Part shown: positions 55,884 to 64,000 of the stretch, piece after piece | Position numbering within the stretch: the first letter of the stretch is position 1 | Layout of the letters: each line of letters starts with the position of its first letter | Assembly (NCBI GenBank): GCA_016744575.1 | Contig: JADGEC010000003.1 | Location: 108 to 64,107, forward strand | Reading direction: 5' to 3' | DNA length: 64,000 nt | DNA from: Sulfurimonadaceae bacterium | Lineage (GTDB): Bacteria; Campylobacterota; Campylobacteria; Campylobacterales; Sulfurimonadaceae | Program-made: the position numbers and the translations under genes | Notes under the pieces: generated by a model | Databases searched by the model: none | Told to the model about the DNA's origin: nothing | What the model saw: the letters and a program-made list of their open reading frames with translations, nothing else

Positions 55884-57679
55884 TGATCATCCTTTTTTTC
55901 TAAGATCGAATCGACGTCTTCATCACTAAGGATCATCTTGTTATCGACATCGATGAATATTGATTCTGCCATGGCGATAAGCTTCTTGCTAATATCGTAA
56001 GCATAAGCACTATCGTTCATCAGTGATGTCCCCATCTCATTAGAGATCAGACCGTTCCTAATAAGGTTGTCAAGGGTACCGTTTGCAAGGATGTCATATC
56101 TCTCAGTATGTACTTTAGCCTTTGAAAGCAGTAAGATTATCTCATCCTCTTCATCAGAAGTCCCGATGATATCGATGTTGCGTAAAAGCTCTGCCAGACC
56201 TATTCGGATAGTGTTGTATTGCTCTTTGATATGCTCATTTGTGCTGGTCGAGTATTTGACCAGGTTCTTTTGCAGATGCTTGGTATCTTTTACCGCTTCA
56301 ACAATATCCCGGTTAGCGAGTTTTAATTGGTACAACGACTCTATGTCTTCCGGCGTCATCTCAGACTGAGCCCTTGAGGCGAAGTCGATGATCTCACCAT
56401 AGAGACTTTTGATCCTGCGGTTATAGAAATCATCTATATCTACAGCATTCTGACTGTAGGATACTTTGATGACTTCCTCAAGATCCATGGTCGAGACTAT
56501 GTTCGCTCTATGCAGGTTCAGACCATGTGCGATGATCTCAAAAGCATTATCATATAGATGTCTTGTCTCTCTAGTCAAAGCCGCCATAGCTGTGGCAGGG
56601 ATCTCCAGGACTGAGTCATTGAGATACAAGGCATGATCGATATCTTTATCCCCTTTTGAGGAGTCTGATCTAAGTGTGTTCTCAAGAAAACTTACCAGTT
56701 TGCCGATGAAAGGTATGAACAACACTACACCCATGATCTTGAACAGAGAGTCAAAGACGGCCAACTTCAGGGTATGGTTATCCTCTGCGATCCCAATCGA
56801 TGTGCTTATCACATCGACAGCGTACATGATCTGATCCATTATCAGCACAGCGATGGCAGCAGTGGTCACATTAAAGATAAAATGAGCCCCGGCTAATCTC
56901 TTACCATCTATATTTGAGCTCAAGGAACCAATAACGGCCGTTATGGTCGTACCGATATTTGCTCCGATGGTCAGTGCCAACGCATTCTCATACGTTATCT
57001 GACCCACAGACAATGCTGCCAGTATAAGTACTATAGTGGCATGTGACGACTGCATGACGACCGTTGCCAGGATACCGATCCCTATGAAGATAAACAGGCC
57101 TTTAAGCCCATCGACTGCCAGACTGGCCAGATCGATACTCGCTTTAAATGCCTCAAATCCCTCTTTCATATAGTGAATACCAAGGAACAAGAAGCCCAGA
57201 CCGGTAAGGACGTATCCGATGCCTTTTAAAGACTTACTTTTTTGAAAGATAAGGATCACACCAAAGACAAGCATAGGCATGGCATAAGCTGATATCTTTA
57301 CCTTCAGCCCAAAGCCCGCCATCAACCAGGCTCCAGTGGTCGTACCGATGTTAGCACCAAGTATTATTCCGACACCTTGTGTCAGACCGATCAGTCCGGC
57401 TCCCAGGAACGAGATGGTCAAGACCGAGACAAGCGAACTTGACTGCATGATGGCCGTAGCGACAAATCCGAAACTAATACTCTTATGGAGTCTATCAGTA
57501 GACTTTTGTAATATGTTTTCCAGTGTACCTCCGGAAAATGCTTTAAAGCCCTCTTCCAGAGATATCATCCCAAATAAAAAGATAGCGACCCCGGCCGCTA
57601 TCTCTTTAAAATCCGGACTTATCCAGAAACCATATGCCAATACTAACAAGATCGATGGTAAAAATATTTTCTTTAACAA
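55880..57679 (-). CDS. Na+/phosphate cotransporter-family protein (NptA-like) with a C-terminal PhoU-like domain
   Basis: Duplicated membrane repeats with GANIGTT motifs (LGANIGTTTGAW and IGANIGTTITAV), then a soluble helical C-terminal half; 599 aa. Confidence 0.87.
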   Translation of the reverse strand: MLKKIFLPSILLVLAYGFWISPDFKEIAAGVAIFLFGMISLEEGFKAFSGGTLENILQKSTDRLHKSISFGFVATAIMQSSSLVSVLTISFLGAGLIGLTQGVGIILGANIGTTTGAWLMAGFGLKVKISAYAMPMLVFGVILIFQKSKSLKGIGYVLTGLGFLFLGIHYMKEGFEAFKASIDLASLAVDGLKGLFIFIGIGILATVVMQSSHATIVLILAALSVGQITYENALALTIGANIGTTITAVIGSLSSNIDGKRLAGAHFIFNVTTAAIAVLIMDQIMYAVDVISTSIGIAEDNHTLKLAVFDSLFKIMGVVLFIPFIGKLVSFLENTLRSDSSKGDKDIDHALYLNDSVLEIPATAMAALTRETRHLYDNAFEIIAHGLNLHRANIVSTMDLEEVIKVSYSQNAVDIDDFYNRRIKSLYGEIIDFASRAQSEMTPEDIESLYQLKLANRDIVEAVKDTKHLQKNLVKYSTSTNEHIKEQYNTIRIGLAELLRNIDIIGTSDEEDEIILLLSKAKVHTERYDILANGTLDNLIRNGLISNEMGTSLMNDSAYAYDISKKLIAMAESIFIDVDNKMILSDEDVDSILEKKDDQ

Positions 57680-57727
57680 TTGACGAACACTCCTCTAAAA
57701 TATATTTTTTCTATACTAATTGTACCT

Positions 57728-59335
57728 CTAAAGTACGACCCCTCTTATCATAAAGAATATGGCAGCTGACAATATCGCAGCTGCAGGAACGGTGATGACC
57801 CATGCTGCAATGATCTTCTTCACAGCATCTCTTTTGACATATTTGACTTTTTCCGTACTTTTTAACTGCTTCTTAGCCTCTTTGACTTTATCTTTCTCTT
57901 CATCGATCATATGATAGAGTCCTACGATCCTCTCATAATCCTCTTTTGACTTGTTCTCTTTAGCTTCGAGTGTCTTTAACTCTTCATTGAATGCTTGCAA
58001 TAGTCTTTTTTCATCCTCAAGAAGCTTCTTTTCAATGGCGATGTCATCTTTTACACTTGTCGACTCAAGGTACTCCCGTAAAAAGCCGACACCAAAGATC
58101 CCCCCGATAGCAATATGAGTAGAACTGACAGGAAGGCCCAGCTGTGAAGCGATTATCACCGTGATAGCTGCGGCCATAGCCACAGAAAAAGCCCTCATCT
58201 GATCGAGTTCAGTTATCTCGCTACCTACTGTTTTGATTAGCTTAGGTCCATAAAGTGCAAGACCAAGCGCGATTCCGAGGGCTCCGACGGCCATGACCCA
58301 TAGAGGAATACCTGCTTTTGCTGAGATCCCGCCACTGACAACCGCATCATTGATCGCGGCCAACGGCCCGATCGCATTAGCGACATCATTTGCGCCGTGT
58401 GCAAAACTCAACAAGGCCGCTGCAAAGATAAGCGGGACGGTAAAAAGTAGATTGACCCCGTCTCTGCTGTTCTCAATACTGCCTGACTTTTTAGATACTG
58501 TCGATTTTACTAATACAAACACACCTGCAGCAACAATTAAGCCAAAGATCGCCGCGACCATAAATGAAGGTTTCTCAGCTTCTGGTAAAAAGACTAAGAC
58601 ATCGACGATCGATGGCCAGATCTTTTTCAGACCTTTCAATGTAAGGTAAGTGACAAAAGCCCAAGACATGATAGCGACAAAGAGAGGTACCCACTTTACA
58701 GCAGCCGCTACCTTGTCTTCCTTATAGACTATTGTCTTTTTAATGGCAAACAGAAAGGTCGCTGCAATAATACCACCCAGGAGTGGAGAGATGACCCACG
58801 AAGCCGCGATCATACCCATAGTTCCCCAAGCGACTATACTAAAACCAGCTGCTGCGATACCTGCTCCCATGACACCGCCCACAATAGAGTGCGTCGTTGA
58901 GACTGGTGCTTTCATCATCGTGGCAAAGTTCAACCATAATGCGGCCGCCAACAGTGCAGCCATCATCGCCCAGATGAACGGATCGACATTGCCGCCAAAG
59001 GCTGAGATATCTATGATCCCTTTTTTAATGGTCTTTACGACATCACCACCTGCAATAAGTGCACCAGCACCTTCGAAGATAGCCGCGATGACAATGGCAC
59101 CTCCCATCGTAAGTGCTTTTGAACCTACGGCAGGTCCGACGTTATTAGCTACATCATTCGCACCTATGTTCATCGCCATATAAGCACCAAACAGTGCTGC
59201 TATCGCTAAAAAGACATTGTTCGGCAATGCACCAGTACTCATAAAACTATATGTCAAGACTGCTACTAAGAAGAAAAGTGCAAAGCCCAATCTATAAAAA
59301 TCAGCTCCGCTACCTTTCATCGCCACCTTTTCCAT
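57728..59335 (-). CDS. inorganic phosphate transporter, PiT family
   Basis: Duplicated GANDVAN signatures (IGANDVANNVGPAVGS and HGANDVANAIGPLA) and a large Lys/Glu-rich cytoplasmic loop. Start uncertain (59335 or 59320); the track start at 59428 is judged too far upstream. Confidence 0.88.
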   Translation of the reverse strand: MEKVAMKGSGADFYRLGFALFFLVAVLTYSFMSTGALPNNVFLAIAALFGAYMAMNIGANDVANNVGPAVGSKALTMGGAIVIAAIFEGAGALIAGGDVVKTIKKGIIDISAFGGNVDPFIWAMMAALLAAALWLNFATMMKAPVSTTHSIVGGVMGAGIAAAGFSIVAWGTMGMIAASWVISPLLGGIIAATFLFAIKKTIVYKEDKVAAAVKWVPLFVAIMSWAFVTYLTLKGLKKIWPSIVDVLVFLPEAEKPSFMVAAIFGLIVAAGVFVLVKSTVSKKSGSIENSRDGVNLLFTVPLIFAAALLSFAHGANDVANAIGPLAAINDAVVSGGISAKAGIPLWVMAVGALGIALGLALYGPKLIKTVGSEITELDQMRAFSVAMAAAITVIIASQLGLPVSSTHIAIGGIFGVGFLREYLESTSVKDDIAIEKKLLEDEKRLLQAFNEELKTLEAKENKSKEDYERIVGLYHMIDEEKDKVKEAKKQLKSTEKVKYVKRDAVKKIIAAWVITVPAAAILSAAIFFMIRGVVL

Positions 59336-59862
59336 TCTCTTTATTATCTCGATCACTGTTCTTCCTTGTTCTTTAAGAATTTTATATTTTTGATGTACTA
59401 TCAAAGTACATCTCACCAAACGATACATACCATTAAAGTAAGCTTTTAATATTATGCTGTATATTTAATTATGATTCTTAAGAATACTCTTGTTTTGCTT
59501 AACAGGACGTTTGAAATATAACATCTTGATCCAGGCCCTTACTATTTGAGTCCTATCCACCCATCCCACTTTTTATACACGCTTTAACTAATATTACTAT
59601 CATCCACACTGGCACATCTTTTGCTCACTTTTATCCATGAGAAGAACCCTATTACACGGAAATAGTGACCAGAAAGTATCTCGTAGACTAAAAACAAACG
59701 GACTTATCTGATTGAAGGCTATTACAGGTGCCCAGATATATATCTTATAGATCCACCTCTATTTCTGAAGTGGTCGTTACCATTCGTTGTATAAATGTGG
59801 ATGATCATAAGAAATTTTAGTCAATCATTCAGATCCGTTCGATTATCCAGTAAGATTACAGT

Positions 59863-61011
59863 ATGACAAAAGCATCTGGTGATCTAATTCGTGATCTTAT
59901 CATCAAAGAGGAACAAAAGAGCGAGCGCTATGCCAATTATGCACGCCTGATCTTTACCTTACTTTATATCCTGGGTGGCATCAGTATCAAAGGGGAGATT
60001 CCCGCACACTCCTTCAATACCCTGATCGTCCTTTCAAGCATCAACTTTTTGTACGGTATCTTTGTGCTGATACTTATCAGAAATGAGCGCTATATTCCCT
60101 GGTTAAAATATCTTTCTGTGATATTTGATATTATCATCCTCTCTATCTTTATCTATAGTATAGGTAGCTATAGGACCTTTAAGAACGATGGTTTTGCACT
60201 CTATTATCTCTGGATAGTACTGGCGACCATACGTTTCTCGCCCAGACTGACCCTTTTTGCAGGTATCTCAAGTATTTCTTTATATCTATTGATGCTCTAC
60301 TTCGTACAGCTCTCCGGAAGCGTCCATTTTGGTACTATCACAGAGTCTTACACCACCGAGATGGTCAGTGCAAGAAGTATCGCGACCAAAATGGTCATGC
60401 TTAGTGTCTTTATCGCCGTAGCTGTCTATATCTCATCTATTTTCAAGAGACTTGTCACCATGACCGTCAACGAGATGATCATCACTCAGGAGAACGAAGC
60501 ACTCTCCAACAAGCTTGAGAATGCGACAAAGATATCAGAGATCGATCCACTTACACAGCTCTATAATCGGCGTAAGATCAGTCAGATGCTTGATGAGATC
60601 TTTTCTGAAGCCACTCTCTCCCATCAAAAGCCTGCACTTATCATAGTCGACATAGACCATTTTAAACCAGTAAACGACCGTTTCGGACACCTTGAAGGGG
60701 ATAAAGTCCTTGTCCAGATAACCCAGCGGATGCAACATAGCTTACGTAAAGAGGATATCTTGGGAAGATGGGGAGGAGAGGAGTTCCTGATCATACTGCC
60801 AAATACCGATATTGATACGGCACTTTTTCTCGGAGAGAGACTCAGAAAACATGTTATCTTACAGCTGCCGATCAGCAGTGAGAACGTCACTTGCAGTTTT
60901 GGTGTGACCCTCTTAAAAGATGATGATACCGTCGAGTCTTTTATCCGACGAGCAGATAAGGCTCTCTATCTATCAAAAGAGAATGGCCGTAATCGGGTGA
61001 TGCACTTATAG
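59863..61011 (+). CDS. membrane-anchored diguanylate cyclase (about 6 TM segments plus a canonical GGDEF domain)
   Basis: DPLTQLYNRR, I-site RKED and active site GGEEF. Confidence 0.87.
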   Translation: MTKASGDLIRDLIIKEEQKSERYANYARLIFTLLYILGGISIKGEIPAHSFNTLIVLSSINFLYGIFVLILIRNERYIPWLKYLSVIFDIIILSIFIYSIGSYRTFKNDGFALYYLWIVLATIRFSPRLTLFAGISSISLYLLMLYFVQLSGSVHFGTITESYTTEMVSARSIATKMVMLSVFIAVAVYISSIFKRLVTMTVNEMIITQENEALSNKLENATKISEIDPLTQLYNRRKISQMLDEIFSEATLSHQKPALIIVDIDHFKPVNDRFGHLEGDKVLVQITQRMQHSLRKEDILGRWGGEEFLIILPNTDIDTALFLGERLRKHVILQLPISSENVTCSFGVTLLKDDDTVESFIRRADKALYLSKENGRNRVMHL

Positions 61012-61235
61012 TTTGAAGACCTTGGTAACTGACATAAGGGGGTCAAAGCTTTACTTTATCGCTACGCTCCGAAAGGTAAACCATCCTGACCCCATTGAAA
61101 GCCACTGTCCTGCTGACGCTTTAAAATAGTGTAGATCATCCAGTAAAAGTCATTAATGATTGGGGGAAAGCAGAGAAAGGTCATCAATGATGAGCGCCCG
61201 AGGAGAGCGTCATCTATAAGGTCTTGAAGTGAGGG

Positions 61236-62240
61236 TTACTTGACGCTTTCTGCCCAGTATTCACGGATCATCTTCTTAGTCGCTTCCGGAAGCGGGATGT
61301 ACCCCAGTCTTGCAGCAGCTTTATCACCTTTAGTGAACGCATACTCATAGAACTCGATGACTTTCTTATTAGTCGCAGCCTTCTCTCTTGGAAGCAGGAT
61401 GAATGTCGCCGCTACGATCGGGTAAGTAGTATCGCCTTCTCCGAGCGCCAGGACTTTGTAGAAGTTATCTTTTTTAGTCCAGTCTGCAAACTTTGCAGCT
61501 GCCTGAAAGTTCTCATTACGTGCTGCGACCCATTTGCCACTGGCTGTCTGAAGCTGTGCTGCTGCAAGGCCTGTCTTCTCTTTGTAAGCGTTCTCTATGT
61601 AACCGATGGCATACGGCGTCTGCTTGACAAGGCTGGCGACACCCTCGTTACCTTTACCACCAATACCCGTACCCCAGTCGATGGCTTTACCTGTACCAAA
61701 ACTATTTTTCCAATTCTCCGAAGAGCCGCTCAGGTAGTAAGTGAAGTTATACGTAGTACCAGATCCATCTGAACGGTGAACGACGATGATCTTCTCATCA
61801 GGAAGTGTGAGCTCTTTATTATCTTCTACGATAGCCTGATCGTTCCATTTTGTGATCTTACCGGCAAAGATATCTGCGACGATGCTGTTCTTTAGTCTCA
61901 ACGCCTCATCTTTGACACCCGGGACGTTGTGTGCGACTACGATAGAGCCAATGACTGCAGGAAACTGAAAGAGTTTGAGTTTGTCGAGCTCTTTAGTCAA
62001 AAGAGGTTTGTCTGATGCGCCAAAATCGACTGTACGGCTACCTATTTGCTTAATACCACCACCTGAACCGATAGATTGGTAGTTTACACGAGTCTTTGTC
62101 TCTTTTCCATAGTTGTATGCCCAGTCGTAATAGACAGGAGCAGGAAATGTCGCACCCGCACCGCTGATTTTCTCAGCCGCTGAGGCTGTTGTGAGAGCTA
62201 CTGCAGCTGCAAGCAGACCGTAAGTCAATTTTTTTAGCAT
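61236..62240 (-). CDS. pstS: phosphate ABC transporter substrate-binding protein
   Basis: Signal peptide, ISGAGATFPAPVY, QSIGSGGGIKQ, HRSDGSGTT motifs; 334 aa; no pstCAB adjacent. Confidence 0.92.
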   Translation of the reverse strand: MLKKLTYGLLAAAVALTTASAAEKISGAGATFPAPVYYDWAYNYGKETKTRVNYQSIGSGGGIKQIGSRTVDFGASDKPLLTKELDKLKLFQFPAVIGSIVVAHNVPGVKDEALRLKNSIVADIFAGKITKWNDQAIVEDNKELTLPDEKIIVVHRSDGSGTTYNFTYYLSGSSENWKNSFGTGKAIDWGTGIGGKGNEGVASLVKQTPYAIGYIENAYKEKTGLAAAQLQTASGKWVAARNENFQAAAKFADWTKKDNFYKVLALGEGDTTYPIVAATFILLPREKAATNKKVIEFYEYAFTKGDKAAARLGYIPLPEATKKMIREYWAESVK

Positions 62241-62282
62241 TGTTGTTTCCTTGTTTTTGATCTTGGCATTCTAAAGGACCTA

Positions 62283-62300
62283 TGTAACCATAAGGTTACA
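62283..62300. promoter_or_regulatory. perfect inverted repeat TGTAACC-ATAA-GGTTACA in the pstS promoter region (candidate operator)
   Basis: 43-60 bp upstream of the pstS start codon; related GTTAC/GTAAC elements occur upstream of the porin, phoU, PiT/GGDEF and OlsF-like genes. Confidence 0.4.
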
Positions 62301-62457
62301 GAAGAGTCATAGCTATGATCAAGAAGCTCTCAAGAAAAAGGCACCCTTTCCTCCTTCTCCTTTTCGAGGATGCTATAGAGATAAGGCTAGCTCTTGCTCA
62401 TCTTCATCATGATCGTATATAGATATAATACGGTTTTCATATACTAGGAACACACTT

Positions 62458-63408
62458 ATGAGGTTACTTTTTCTACTCTTTACGCTCTTTATGTTCACTG
62501 AGGCCGCATGGGCAGAAAAGACGCTCGAGGAGAGTGAGAGGATCCGTCAAAAGTGGGTCGATGCCCTTGACAAGACCGATGACAATACGACTATAGAGAC
62601 AGTAAGCGATAGCATCCTTTCCAATTTTGGCCTGAAAGCCTACCAAGAAAACTATCTTGTAGTCGGTTTTCGCGAAGGTACCTATGATAACTATACTGTC
62701 ACCGATGAGTACACCAACAAAGAGGTCGAGCTCCAGCTCAGTCTAAGGTACGATGTAGTGAGTAATCTCCTGGGTCTGGACGAAGTCTATACATTAGCTT
62801 ATACTCACCGTGCTTTTTGGCAGGTCTTCACTCCATCTTCCCCTTTTAGAGAGACCAACTATAACCCTGAGTTCTTCATCACCTTTCCTGTCTATTCCAA
62901 ACACTGGTCAGGTATTAAAGGTTTTCAGATCGCACCCTTTTCCCATCAGTCAAACGGGCAGGGTAATATCACCGAGACACTCGGTGATATCAATACTACA
63001 AAGAATCCAGAAGGTATCGACCCATTAGTCCTTACCAACCGTTCACGTTCATGGAACTATGCCTATGCCAGGTTCTTTTTTCAACATGGTGATCTCTTTA
63101 CCATACTGACCGGACGTTACCGTTATCCAGAGTCAGATGAAGATGATAACCCGGACCTGACAGATTACATCGGTCATGGTGAACTCGCATTTTACATCCC
63201 TTACCGACGTCACCTCTTTAAACTTGCAGGAAACTATAACCTCAAGACAGGCAATGGATCCATAGAGGGTAACTGGTCCTATCCACTCTCATTCTCACAA
63301 AGTACCACCTACCTTTATACCAAAGTCTTCAGTGGTTATGGAGAGAGCCTGATAGATTACAATAACTACATCACGAAGTTCTCTTTAGGTATCAGCTTCT
63401 CACGTTGA
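62458..63408 (+). CDS. pldA: outer-membrane phospholipase A (OMPLA)
   Basis: Catalytic HQSNGQ motif, RSWNY, and C-terminal YTKVFSGYGESLIDYN, highly similar to E. coli OMPLA as recalled. Confidence 0.9.
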   Translation: MRLLFLLFTLFMFTEAAWAEKTLEESERIRQKWVDALDKTDDNTTIETVSDSILSNFGLKAYQENYLVVGFREGTYDNYTVTDEYTNKEVELQLSLRYDVVSNLLGLDEVYTLAYTHRAFWQVFTPSSPFRETNYNPEFFITFPVYSKHWSGIKGFQIAPFSHQSNGQGNITETLGDINTTKNPEGIDPLVLTNRSRSWNYAYARFFFQHGDLFTILTGRYRYPESDEDDNPDLTDYIGHGELAFYIPYRRHLFKLAGNYNLKTGNGSIEGNWSYPLSFSQSTTYLYTKVFSGYGESLIDYNNYITKFSLGISFSR

Positions 63409-63577
63409 GAAAACAGTGTTCCCAAAGAGAAGAGTCGTCCATCATCTTTCTATAGTGATCGTATAATATGAGATGTATAAAACAAGGTCGTATCCTGAGA
63501 TCACTATTTGTCATGTAACCGTATTGTTACCGACAAACGCTACTATCCGTGACTAATCCATGATGAAAAGGGCATAG

Positions 63578-64000
63578 ATGCTACCACGTTACGAAGAACA
63601 GCTTGATCACCTGAGAGAGATGATCACTGATATACTCAAGACGACCTACTTAGCCAGTGAGGTCTCACTTGAAGCCTACCAACGACAAGATGATGATTTG
63701 TTTATGCAGTCAGTCTCTTCACTTAAAAACCTCCAAAACACTGCTAATGACATCGATAACGAAATAATCAAGACCTTTGCCCTTTTCGGACCAGAAGCCC
63801 ATGAACTACGACTACTGGTAGCTTATCTGAAGATGACGAACGAGATCGTCCGCATCGGTGAGGGGATCAAAAAATACAGCCGTCGTATGAAAGAGCACTG
63901 TGAGAGTGAATGTGACCTCACCCCGGTCAATAGCACCATCATCCAGCTTCATAAAAGTACCTTGACTGCACTGCGTCTGATCTATGAGTGTTACGCTGAC
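63578..64000 (+). CDS. phoU: PhoU-family phosphate-signalling protein (5' part; runs off the window end)
   Basis: Open frame from ATG 63578 to the window edge (141 codons). Helical repeats with ...NDIDNEIIKTFALFGPEAHELRLLVAYLKMTNEIVRIGE typical of PhoU. AAAGGG RBS. Not in the ORF track because no stop is reached. Confidence 0.75.
   Translation, partial: MLPRYEEQLDHLREMITDILKTTYLASEVSLEAYQRQDDDLFMQSVSSLKNLQNTANDIDNEIIKTFALFGPEAHELRLLVAYLKMTNEIVRIGEGIKKYSRRMKEHCESECDLTPVNSTIIQLHKSTLTALRLIYECYAD

Noticed and set aside
55567-55929. 120-aa plus-strand ORF rich in Ser/Phe/Leu
   Set aside because: It is the mirror image of the Lys/Glu-rich minus-strand ORF 55635..55883, which is translationally coupled to the Na/Pi cotransporter gene. 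The plus-strand product is low-complexity.
1-64000. Searched by eye for tRNA/rRNA genes, transposases, integrases, phage genes, restriction-modification, toxin-antitoxin or other defence systems
   Set aside because: I saw no T-loop/anticodon-arm-like GC-rich 75-nt blocks, no rRNA-like stretches, and no ORF with DDE, tyrosine-recombinase, nuclease or helicase defence signatures. Absence by eye is not proof; tRNAscan, Infernal and defence-system HMM scans should confirm it.

Overview
This 64-kb window looks like chromosomal DNA from a Campylobacterota (epsilonproteobacterial) sulfur- or anaerobe-type organism. That call is inferred from gene content: a Tat-exported Psr-type molybdoenzyme operon, an SQR-like flavoprotein, a sigma-54-driven fliK-flgD-flgE cluster with an enlarged FlgE, a ThyX-like gene and a class Ia RNR. 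I support about 60 protein-coding genes. I did not spot any rRNA, tRNA, CRISPR array, transposase, integrase or recognisable defence genes. Gene blocks in order: (1) yebC, psrABC-like, rpmI-rplT. (2) An SQR-like gene, panE, msrA, def. (3) A Cpx-like envelope-stress module (HK, RR, Spy/CpxP-like, OmpA with TSP3 repeats). (4) hisF and rlmN. (5) An OlsF-like bifunctional lipid acyltransferase flanked by unusually long AT-rich non-coding DNA. (6) An RluA-family gene, purB, nrdA, and an nrdB-to-LMW-PTP operon, then typA. (7) The flagellar hook cluster. (8) dgt, a double-length ThyX-like gene and two Cys-rich lipoproteins. (9) A NIT/CZB chemoreceptor. (10) A c-di-GMP LapG/LapD module with its own REC-REC-GGDEF protein. 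(11) A phosphate-acquisition island: porin, ppk2, Na/Pi cotransporter, PiT, GGDEF, pstS, pldA, phoU. The strongest unannotated signals are these. First, four perfect consensus parS centromere palindromes lie within 1.5 kb, two in a 1.36-kb gene-free region and two inside a coding sequence. Second, a degenerate tandem array of structured repeats at 8.9-9.45 kb shows compensatory hairpin changes. Third, a cluster of DnaA-box-like 9-mers sits upstream of the OlsF-like gene. Fourth, a GTTAC/TGTAAC-type motif recurs in promoters of the phosphate genes and of the OlsF-like gene. Fifth, several small ORFs fall below the length cutoff of the ORF track. All functional calls come from motif recognition by eye. 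No database search was run.
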